A DNA stretch of 64,000 nucleotides, from NCBI GenBank assembly GCA_003707115.1, contig PPNB01000001.1:248001-312000 (forward strand), in the 5' to 3' direction. Of the stretch, positions 51,578-63,100 are shown one piece after another. The notes below the pieces were generated by a model. The model had not been told where the DNA came from. It searched no databases and saw only the letters and a list, made by a program, of their open reading frames with translations. The DNA is from Tortispora ganteri (lineage: Eukaryota). The translations under genes and the position numbers were made by a program. The stretch's first letter is position 1. Each line of letters starts with the position of its first letter.

Positions 51578-52150
51578 ATGAGCATTAACTGGGTAATGAA
51601 AAGTGACCCTTCGAGTATCGATCCTTTCGTATTCTTGCCAGATGAGCATATAGTGACGTCCTCAACGGTTACTGGCAGAACTTCTATAGATTTACGGCCA
51701 GAAGTAGATACTGTTAAAGACACCCACGTCAAAGCAGATTCAGGAGTTCTATACCTGACCAATCTGCGCCTAGTGTATTTGCCGAAAGAACCTGTACCTA
51801 CTAAGTCGTTCAAATGGGCATTACCAGGCACAGATCGCGGGTCATTACCACCTGAATTTGTTTTCGAAAGCTTTGGAAGTCCTTTGCGAAATGTTTGTGA
51901 CGCTCATATAGATCAGCCTTTAATAGGTCCTGTGGCCTTTAAAGCGATCATACAACCGATAGCAGATGGTGGCCTACATCCCGTTCCATATAGTCTAACA
52001 ATCAAATTTAAAGATGGTGGTGCTTACGAGTTTTTCGATAATTATACTCAACTGCGGCAAAATTTGCAGGATGGAATATCTCACGCTGACGCCTTACCTA
52101 CGTATACAGATAACCCAGACATCGGCGCGCCTCCTCCATATGAAGGGTAG
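51578..52150 (+). CDS. WBP2-like GRAM/PH protein with PY motifs
   Basis: MSINWVM, GVLYLTNLRLVY, FKDGGAYEF, LPTY and PPPY. Confidence 0.8.
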   Translation: MSINWVMKSDPSSIDPFVFLPDEHIVTSSTVTGRTSIDLRPEVDTVKDTHVKADSGVLYLTNLRLVYLPKEPVPTKSFKWALPGTDRGSLPPEFVFESFGSPLRNVCDAHIDQPLIGPVAFKAIIQPIADGGLHPVPYSLTIKFKDGGAYEFFDNYTQLRQNLQDGISHADALPTYTDNPDIGAPPPYEG

Positions 52151-52382
52151 CTTCCCTTCTTCCTATAAATCGATACCTTTGTTGCATTAAATGTTTGTTA
52201 TTCGGTCATACGTCTATTTGAGTTTAATAGCCTTAATACATTGAACTGCTTTATATCATATACTGTTGCACTTTATATGATGATGCAATCTAGCCCTACA
52301 GTAGGTACCGCGCCATCCCCCTCCCAAGGTACTACTATCTGAGATCGACACCCCGCTCCATATCTGTTTAATCTACGTCACA

Positions 52383-54023
52383 ATGCTGACAAGGCGATTA
52401 CAGCGGTTTACGGGTGTTTATATACAAAAACGATGCTTTTTTCCAGGATTTTCACAAATAATAAGTGTAATATCTAATCCTGTCGACATTATCAAACAGC
52501 TCGATGAATCTCGTAAGCTGCTCGAATCCACAAGAGAGGAACTGCAGGCCAGTTATGAGCGACTTACTATTCCCCAAACTGAAACGTTTTCTCCATTGCC
52601 AGGATTTTTTCCGAGAAAAGTCGAATTGGGATTGCTGAGATCATGCTTAGAGTCTCAGCCATCATTTACCGTCCTTTTTGGCGGATCAAGCACGGGGAAG
52701 ACCGCTTTACTGCGGCAAGTACTTAGTAAACCTGACCAGTTTCTGTTAGTGTCTTTTGATCTACGCCTTCCAGGGTTCGCAAACATTCAAGGAATGTATA
52801 TGTCTTTTTCAATGAAGTTTGAGGAACTTTTCGTTCGCATAATTAACAGCTATGCTGACCACCCTGACGCGGAAGTCAAGGACGCCTTTCAATCTACTTT
52901 GAAAGGCCACATAAATGGCTTCAAACTGGCCAGACGTGATTTAGAGAAAAGAATCGACCAGGCGTTATCTGTAACTGGGAATTCAGATTCTGTTATCACG
53001 GAAAATAACCTTGCACAGCTTTTCGAACAATATCAATCGGCTTTGCTTGCTTATTGGAACGTGGATCCTTTCGAAGATATAGAGCCACAAGGTCATGAAG
53101 AACTTGCTAACTCAGAACACAAAGAGAAAGAACAGACCCCAACTAAGAGCCTCAGAAATGCAAATTGCACTGAAAGCTTTAAACGAAAAATTCCTGTTCT
53201 TTTCATCGATGAAGCACATCGCTTGGGTACGTTTATCTCTTCACCGGATTGCATCAATATATTGCTGACTGCTAGTTTAACCTTGACCAAACAAGACAGA
53301 TTATGCCACGTTGTTCATGCCACTTCTGATCCATTTTATATGTACTGGTTGCGAAAACTTAATGTCTCTCACCATGTGAAGCTCTTAACAATAGATGACT
53401 GCACAAAGGACGAGACTCGTGAATACTTTTACGAATATCTGTTACCGTCTACTCTTGAGAAATTACCCTCGCCTGGCCTTATAAAGCATAAACTATTCCC
53501 TTTTGATGTACTATGGGACGTCTTTGGTGGCCGTTTAGTGTTTTATGCTGATTACATCTCTGAGTTTATAGATACAAATGGTTATGCTCATCCTCTTCAA
53601 TCCTCTCATTTCCTGCAAGCTTACATTCTTTTGAAAATTTATTTAGGGGACAGTCAGTTTAAGACTCAGTCCGAATACCAACTTCCACAATACACCGAAG
53701 CTGACCATAAAGATACCGTGAATCCTATTGTACTTCGCGAAGTTATTGAAGAGATCATCAACAACCCCCAGAACATCACACAAAACCGTTCTGTGAATGA
53801 AATTAACTATTTTGCAGCATGTGAAAGATGGTCGACCGCTGAAATCCACAAGATTGTTGCCGCAAAAATTCTCAACTTAACTTGGATCACTCCGCTGTCT
53901 GAAAGACTTCCTAAAACTAATGATGAAAAATTTGTCTTTCGTAAACCCGCACTCAGACCAATGTCTAGGGTCATGTTTAAGGCTATGCAGAGGATACTCA
54001 ATGATGATGCAGCACAAATATAA
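52383..54023 (+). CDS. Uncharacterised P-loop ATPase, probably mitochondrial
   Basis: Walker A GGSSTGKT, Walker B LFIDEAH and an Arg-rich presequence-like N-terminus. Confidence 0.8.
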   Translation: MLTRRLQRFTGVYIQKRCFFPGFSQIISVISNPVDIIKQLDESRKLLESTREELQASYERLTIPQTETFSPLPGFFPRKVELGLLRSCLESQPSFTVLFGGSSTGKTALLRQVLSKPDQFLLVSFDLRLPGFANIQGMYMSFSMKFEELFVRIINSYADHPDAEVKDAFQSTLKGHINGFKLARRDLEKRIDQALSVTGNSDSVITENNLAQLFEQYQSALLAYWNVDPFEDIEPQGHEELANSEHKEKEQTPTKSLRNANCTESFKRKIPVLFIDEAHRLGTFISSPDCINILLTASLTLTKQDRLCHVVHATSDPFYMYWLRKLNVSHHVKLLTIDDCTKDETREYFYEYLLPSTLEKLPSPGLIKHKLFPFDVLWDVFGGRLVFYADYISEFIDTNGYAHPLQSSHFLQAYILLKIYLGDSQFKTQSEYQLPQYTEADHKDTVNPIVLREVIEEIINNPQNITQNRSVNEINYFAACERWSTAEIHKIVAAKILNLTWITPLSERLPKTNDEKFVFRKPALRPMSRVMFKAMQRILNDDAAQI

Positions 54024-54119
54024 TACTTAATATTTGAAAAAGCGAATACACTATATACTCAAAACATGGTTATAATAATAAGTTAATATATCGTTAAAAA
54101 GCATAACACGAGTGGTACT

Positions 54120-57100
54120 TCATGCAAATCCAAAACCTTCGCGGCCTTCTGTGATAGCCAACAGAACGTTAGATTTCAGAGACTCATACGATTTATATTC
54201 AGGAAGATCTAACTGGTTGAAGCATGTATGTGCAGATGGTAGTCGATCATCACCACCAAATGCTCTATGTATGCTAAACTTGGACACCCCATTCATACCT
54301 TCAAGTTCTTTAAACCCGTTCAGAGGTACTTTACTGGTTCCGGTGACAAACTGCAACAATTTGGCACGTTCCTCTGGATCAAAACTGCGAACCATTTTCC
54401 AAAACCATTGGATCTGAGGAGAAGATATAGAATAATTGTGGTATTCGGTATTATTCCGCCAATCGTCAACATCAATATCAGGCAAGCCTGATATAAGAAG
54501 TTCCAGTTCTTGTTCGTCGAATATTGCAACCAAATCTCTCGGTATCATATCATAAAATCCATCTATAAAGCTATCCAGTTGGTCTTTGACGCTATTAACT
54601 AAACGATACTCAACAACCAGTTTCACATATTCCGCCTTATTTGACTCAGTGACAGCAATGTTACGGCCATCTGGAACTAAATCAATTATTTGTTGATCGC
54701 CATAGTCATCAGTAACGAGAGAGAATGTTTCTGAAATAATATCTGTAATGTCGTTATTCAATATCCATTCCAGCGATTTGAAATACTCAAGGTCCAAGTT
54801 TTCCATATCTTTCAGTGACACTGGGCGTCCTAAAATACGTTTGTAAACAGCACGGCTGAAATGACAATCAAGAACACGCTCTTCGAAGGTAGCCTTTCCT
54901 ATCATGCGTCCGATAAACTTGAAAAAAGAAAGGTGCTCAGGATTTACACCAGATAGTCGATTAGGATGAAAAGTAGTCCTATCCGAAGCAACTGGAATAA
55001 ACAAGGCATAGTCTGGATTAAACATTTGTCTTGAAAGTACCTGAAACCATTCCCGAGTCACTCCACCAGCGTCAACACCTTCTTCACCGTTAAATTTTAC
55101 TGCAAACTTAGAATTCTTAATTTCTTCAGCAGTCTTAAAATATAGAGCTTTGTATGAATCGAGGAAGACTTGGTCGCGTCTGACATTAACCGCGATAGTG
55201 CGGTTGCGTGAGGGGTTCGTCTTAGAACGCAGCGTTTTGGTAAAGTATGTGCGCTTGTTATCAAAATCCAAAACCTTGGCATTTTTAATAAGAACTGCAA
55301 AGGATCCTGACATCAGCTTTGGATTGTTTCTAATCAATAAGTTTAATATTCTTCGGTTTTTCTCGGAAAACTCAAAGAATCTGTTCGTAGCAGTCAACGT
55401 GTAGTTATCATTTTCAGTCATTTCCGATTTACCATACGCAAATGCTTGTTTGCATATTATCAAAAATGATTCAATCATAGGCAATAATATGGTAGCAATA
55501 TGAATCATGCCTGAATGTTCTTGAAAATAGCTTAGGCATTGGTTTAGCACATACCACATATGTTCGAATCCTAAAACTTCTTTCATCATTTTTGTGGGAA
55601 ACATTGAAGGAGATCCTTTGACGTTGGTAGCACAAATATAGTCAAAGGCAGTCAAAACACGCAGAAAGCGCGCTTGATTAGAGTTAGGTGAAGAAAAATC
55701 TGCCAGTGCATCACCAAGTAAATCAGATACTGACTCAGCTGAAGAAATCATTTGACTCAACGATTCCAATTCAGGTTCTAATTGGTTTTTCAGGTCATAA
55801 GCAAATTCAATCAGTTTAGATTCAAAGAGAGAGGAAATTTCCTTATCACCAAGAGTGGAAAGATTTCTCAATATACCCAACGTATGCAGAAACGCCACTC
55901 CGGAGCAGTCATTAGATACTAACAAATTCAGCAAGGAAGATAAAATATGAAGTGGAATTCCAGGCGACGAAGAATCCGGGTTATCATTATGTGACGCTGA
56001 TTTTCCAACCTCTTTGTTGAGAGAATCCTTATCTTCGCGTAAACTTTTTGAAGGCATCCGACGCTTGCGAGAAATAACCGACAGTGTGCCCGTAACAGAC
56101 CTCAGGAAAACTACCATATTTTCCATAACAAGAGGGTCTTTTCGAAGCTCATCCGAATCCAGTAAAGAGAACAAGAGACTTAGTGGTGTATATAAATCAT
56201 TGAAAGGGCTTCCAGTTTGGTTTCGAAAAACTTTCATTCTTTTCCCAATGCTGTGCAGATCAATATCAGAGAGGAAATACAGAGTCGTTCTTTTCTGAAC
56301 TTTTGTAAGGTATACTAATATTTCCAGGCATCTGCGGGCCACAATCAGAGGGGATGTGTCCTGAAAGAGAGCTGTTTCATTTTCGGATACAATGACATTA
56401 ACACGGGCCGCAAACATAGTAACTGGCTTAGAGGAAGCAGGTGATGTTTTGCTCAATAGGTATTGGAAATAGCGCTTAAGAGTACTTGTACTTTGACACG
56501 CTTCGCACAAAATAGCCAGAATGCCATTTAACACTTGGTGACGAGATCGCCTGTCTAAGACGGCATAAAATAAAACTTTGCAAAGCACCCATTGTTGCTG
56601 TTCAGACTGAGGAAAGAACAAAAGTGACAAAAGCGAATTGACGCCGTAAACATCTAATATTCTGATTTTAGCCAAGTTCTTCTTTGTGGACAAACCTCCT
56701 CCCATTTCGTTAACGTCTAAGGCTTCAGTTGTTCGCAACTCTTCATCATTGTTATCGCGTATTGAACCACCAGTAGAAGCAATAATTCTAGAAGGTCTAG
56801 ATAAAGTGACTTCATTCCTCCTTGTAGTGTGGTCATCAGCAAAGCCACTGATAGGCCCTGGCAAAACTAAATCGGGATTATCATTCAGTAACAGATCAAA
56901 CAAGTTATGAGCAGGTTCGCTTCGGAGCGTCCCAGATTCATGCTCTAATAAATTAGACGTTGCAGCATTAGATCCTATTTCAGCAGACGTGCTAGAGAGG
57001 CCAAATAATGGTTGAACTTCATGTCGCACGTTTTCGGGAAGAGCTTCCAGAAATGTAGGATCAAGCGGCTCATTTGGCAAAGAGGATCCAGCCTGCAGTT

Positions 57101-60100
57101 CCTGTATGTGGTTTGCAAGTACCTCTTCACGCATATCTTCAGGAAGCTCTTCCATAAATGTAGGATCAATTCCAAACCGCGAAACATCAATTTGACGAGA
57201 GCCTATAGTAACAAGTCTAGTGGAAGAATCTGCAGAAGAGCCATTTTCATCGACAGCAGTGGACGAATCAACTAAGGCTGAAGCATCGTGATATTCGTCA
57301 ACTATTTCTAGAGGATGGTCTTCCTCATCCGTATCTGAAGCATCATTATGTGAGTCATGTTCTATATAAAGACCATCAGAAGCTTCACTGGCGTTTGAAG
57401 GGCCTTCTGCCTCATTTTCTTCCGTAGGGAATGTAGATTCCACATCCGCAATCTCGCCTACAGATGAAGAAGCCTTTGAATCACCTACGTGAGGATCATC
57501 ACAGCCATGCTCTTCATTATATATTCCGCTCAGAAAATTGTCTGCTAGTTCAACAATTTCAGATCCAATATTTTCGGAATGAAGGAACGGTGCGAAAATA
57601 TTCAATAAGCACTTGTACCGTGCAGCTGATGCAGCCATTTCAAAATCAAGGATTGGCAACACAGGGTCATTTTTCTTTTGCTCGTGCTCAATAAAATCTT
57701 CCCAGGGAGATGCAATGCCGTCAAAAGATTGAGCCAGAGGGAGTTGTGAGCCATTAACTCCGGATGTGTTGACGTATAGGTAATTCCACACAAAAGCCAG
57801 AGCATCATTGCATGCCATTGTTGTAGATGCATCATTGAAATCTAATGCACGCATCCACCTAGCAAAAACCTCTAAGGATGAGTTATTCCAGGATGCGTTG
57901 CTCAAAAATGCCAAGAAATCCTCAGGTGTTGAGGGAGGATTCGCAACCGGATTCCGCAGAAAATTAGCGCCTCTAGAACGAAGTAAGCCACCGGAACCAA
58001 ATGCGGAGGATCGAATGTGTCCAGATGTTCTAAAAAGGCGTCCGTCGCGTGAGTTAAATATGTCCCGGTGTATTACATTACCGGTGCTAATAATCGTGGT
58101 GTGGAACGGCCTATGCCGCCGTCTCGAAGAATTAGTATTCGACAGTCCAAGATCATCTAATAGCGACTGAGATTCCTCATGCGATAGCAGAGATCCAAAT
58201 ATATTGGACACATGGTTGTCTTCATCATCTGTCTCAGAGTTCTCTTCCAGATCATCATCGCTAACCATGTCATGTCCTTCAAGAGCGGAACCATCAACTC
58301 TTGAACCAATCATTCGAGCCTCTGAACGTTCAAATCTGTCAATGAAATCAGGTATATCGGCATAATTATGATGCAGGTCATCATTTATAGCAAACTCATC
58401 ATCAAAAACTAGCTCGTAGTTTTGGGCTGCTTCATCTTCCCCAGAGTTGTCCATTCCTTGATTATAGAGAAGTTCCGCACTATCTAGTGTATTCTCTGAC
58501 CCTGAAAGTTCATTAAAAGCTTCGTCAGAAAAATCATAGAACTCGTGCAATACAGGGTTTGACATAGAGTGAGAGTCATCATCAATATCAACATCATCAA
58601 TATCGACACCATCTTCATCATCTTCATCAGCATCATGGCTTTCTACAATAATTTCAACGTCCATAGCATCTGAGTGGCTGTGGCTTCCAAGATCGTCGGA
58701 CATATCACTCAAACCAGACTCTTCACTTTCATAAGAGCCGGAATAACCATCCTCAGAACTTCCTACCATACCTGAATCACTTTCATCCATTTCTTCTTGG
58801 TCCTCATAAATCTCATAATCCTCGGTAGCATCTTCGTTATCAGAGGTAACAGGTTGATACATCCCTAGTGTTGAATTTCGAAGAATATCTGAAGCATCAT
58901 CAGGCATCCCCTGCTCATCTTGTGCATCTTCGTATGAATCATAAGATATGGAAGATGCTATCGATATGGCGTCTTCATCGGCAGGTTCGGAGCTTGGTAA
59001 CCCAGCGAACTCTTGTGCATTATCAGAAGCAATAGTAGAAAGAGTATGTATGAATTTCAGCACAGATTTTGAGACACGACGATAGAAAGGGAGTCGGGGA
59101 TCCAGGTCAGCTATTGAGCAAGCAAATTCGTTCGTAAAGTTGCGCTCGTACATAAGTTTAGCAATCTCTAAACTGTTTGACTTCATCGAGCCTCCCAAGA
59201 AAGCAATTTCACCAAATTTACCAGACGTTGGTTTAACAGCTAACAATCTGACTGAAACATCTGCCAGGACAAGCAGACGATAGTGCATAGAAGACACAGG
59301 AGTCATGTTGGGTAAGTCACGCAGGTTGCGCAATACTAAGTCAAGGACTAGTCGTCTGAGATATAACAAGCACGATTTATCATTTTCACTTGGATTCCTG
59401 ATATCCGAGAGCAGCGCATAAATAACCTGTAAATATAATGCAGACAAATGTGAGTTCATGTTACTTCTAACATTACTTGTTGAGGACTCAGTAGAAGCCG
59501 GCAGAGATGTCTCGACAATTAGATTAAGAAACTGATTTAAAATCGCGACACGTGGTTTAGAAGGGGTAGATGAAGTGGTAGCTGTTGCGGCGGTACCTTT
59601 TCGCGAGAAAAAAATAAACTCCATCTTGCAAGAAGTGTAAGAGAAGAGAAGCTCACTTAAAACCTGAAGAATATAGCACTTGTAGCAATAAGAAGGAAAA
59701 GAATCGCGAGTGAATTTAGACCCATCTGCAGGATTATCGTCTTTTTGAGCAAAAAGTTCAAGTAGTAACAATCGAACAATGCCACAGTGAACGTCATCCG
59801 CGGAAGGCTTTGCTAAGCCATAAGCACTAGAATCTCCAGCAGAAGACTCATTAACGACTTGATCGGCATGTTTTTGTTCTTTTAAATCCTTTGATTCAGT
59901 TTTATTACCTTCTTCATTTCCTTCACTGTCAATACTTTCACGTAATACGAGACTTTTCAGCTGAGATTCTTTTGATTTAGGCGCAAATCTGCAGACGTCC
60001 ACCAGACATTTGTAGAATATTTCATGATCCCGGAAAACCATGCCAATATTGCTCCTAACCAAATAGTCTAAATCAATATGACGAACTCGCTGCGTCTTCA

Positions 60101-63100
60101 TAGTGTTAATAATCTCGTTTGAGAAAATAGAGCCGAGGATTGCAGGCGATTCTACGATCTCACGAGAAAGACACGCCAATGATAACTTTAAGCCACACTG
60201 AGCATCAGCGGGGAAAGATGTCAGAGAAGATAATAGAGTGCCAACAATGCCACTGTTTTGAATTTTCAGAGCAGTTTCATAGTTAAGGGCTGCGAGATTT
60301 AATATACGGGCAATGGAATTTACCACAAGAGGACTATCAAATGAAGATATACTGGAAAAAAATTCCAATAGAGAGTCTGTTGCTTCGGATGACAAGAACA
60401 AAGAACGTTTATCTCGCTTATCTTCACTGGAAAGTTCTCCAAAGGCGTTTATAACAAAAATTCTTTCGCGAACTGCCAAACTTTCCACAAAGAGCAGAAT
60501 AAACGGTAGAAACTGCTGTTGAACAACTTTAAGGCGATTTATCAGCGAATGCACAACTTCAGGGTGTTTAGTAATATATATAGACACCACTTTACTTAAA
60601 TGCGTAGCTTCCATAACAAGGCCCAGAAGATAGCAAACCGAAACAACCAGATCATCAGAAGATTTTTCTAGGTCTATATCCATAAGCATGCTGTTCAGAA
60701 TATCTTCAAAAACAGGAGACTTGAAATTTGAGTTCGCTCCTACCTTACGTGGTAAATCACCTTGACTGTAATCGGCAGTACCAAACACCACAAGTAGAAG
60801 ACGCGAAATAGAATAGATAAACCGACTGTCAAATTTATGATTTTGTATTAAATACCAGAAGATAGATGGAAATTTTTCGAATAAGGACAAACGCCATGCC
60901 ATTATGGTGCGAAATGCATTCGGTAAAATAATTGGTTTGAAGTCATAATCAAGGGCTAAATCATTTATTGGGTCAAGAAGAACAGTTTCTTGTTCAATAG
61001 ATTTATGAAGGAATGTCTCGGTGTGTTCCATATCATCGTCAGCATATATTACCGACAAAGAAAGGGTAGTGAGGTCCACTCCATCCTCTTCTGCGAGGCG
61101 TCGCAAATCTTTGTATGGGATGGATGTGCGGAAACACTTATGCGACAATATGTAGTAAGGGTCATCTGGATCGAAATTCGATAATGCAGACGTGATAGAA
61201 GGCTCACCGTATGTGTCGCATGTTGCGCACCACACGTCAATAATCAAGCTCAGCGCTGCTGGGTCCATTTCAGATAGAGGGAATTGCTCTAATAATCTTT
61301 CAATTACGCGAACCACCTCAGTGCGCAGAATGGAAGATAGCTTTCGAGGATGAAATTGTCTATATTCAGCAACAGAATTTTGACGTGTTACTAGGACAAC
61401 GCTCTGAGGCGAATCAATGACAGATTTTGGTGAAACAAAAACATTGAACAGGTGCATTAACATCTTTATACAAATCATAACAGTAATCGCAGATTCAGTA
61501 GATTCATCGCGGGGCCTATCAGCATGAATTTCAGGAGATACTAGGTTAAGTTGGTTGAAACACATCATTGTAATATCGGAGAAATAATGAAACCCTTCCA
61601 AATTCAATATACCAAGTATCACATATATCTGAACGCACGTCAGATCAGGTCTGGCACTAAACATCAGGAGGCTGTGCATTAGCATCATAAGAGCAGAAAA
61701 TAATTGAAATTGTAGATCTGGTCCAAGTTTGTTATGGTCAAGAATGAATTTCATATGGTCGAGTATCAACCGTGCAACTGTTTCTCCAAGAAGTAGTGCC
61801 ATTCGTCTGGTTCCTCTGGTCACAGCTCGAGAAAATGTGTACGACTTCAGGAGCGTATGCAAAAAGAAAGACACTCCAGCAGGAATCGACTGGCAATAAA
61901 ATCTGCCAACAACTATTGCTGGAAAAAAATTGCTTGATTTCAGTTGTTCAATCTCAGATACATCATCAGGTTTACAAATAGCAGGCCCTGATGCCAAAAG
62001 TTCTGTAAGTGCATCTGGTGAATCTAGCGAGCTCAACTGATCAATTAATTCAAGAGTGTATGCTTTCTCCCACAACTTGAGTTTCGATGCGATCCGTACA
62101 TCTGCCCATGTCAAAATGCGTTGAATTCGGCCAGATAAAGGTATGATGCTATGAAACTCTTCAGAGGCAAAAATCACAACCTTAGTCATAGCAATATTTC
62201 GTGTAAGAGCTGGGTAAGTAAACATTTTCCCAAATACAGAATACATAACGTTCAGAGGAGAAATCAACAAAAATCTTGATGCACGGAATGGTAATTCATG
62301 ACACTCCAAACCTCTGTCAAGCTTATCTTCAAATAAATCCAGTGGAAATCTTTCCAGCATAGATTTAAATTGTTTTAAGCCATCGATGATAATACCTGGG
62401 CCCATGAAAGACATGAATTGAACTAGAATATGAGCAATAAGGCTGGAGACTTCAGAAATCGCAAAATTTATAGGGATGCACTCTAAAGAACATATTCTGA
62501 TAAGAAGGTGAGGTATTTTCACATTGTCAAAATTTCTAAAAACTTCATTAGTGGCAGTCATGGAGTCAAGGAAACGGACCATGCATTCGATACGCAAAAC
62601 ATTTGGAGACTTCAGAGTTAGAACTTCACGAAGTTGGCGGTTACTGGAATTCCATTCCGAGCCGAGCACTATCTCAAGGTCACTACTAACATTCGAAAGC
62701 ATATCCACTAGTACCTCAAGTTCGGAAACAAATGATTCACATATATTTCCAGCTAATTCAGGTTGATGTCTCATCAGTTCTCCACAGATAGTAGCTAAAT
62801 GATTAGAGTAATCATGCGCAATAATTTCGGCGCAGCATTCTGTATATTGAAAAAGTCGAAATATTTTCCTGAACGTGTCGGATGATTTAACAATCTCCAA
62901 ACCAGAGTTATTAAGACAAATTGCCTCGGTAATTTGGAAAAGAGAAGTCAAGAGCTCGGGATATGGTTGAACAAGATCATCAAGAGAGTCCACAAACTTT
63001 AGTGGGAAACTCAGCTCCTGTAACATGAAAAACGAAGTAGGTTCATTATTTATAAATGCAGTAATTATACCAATTGCAGAGGTGACAATACGTGCACCAA

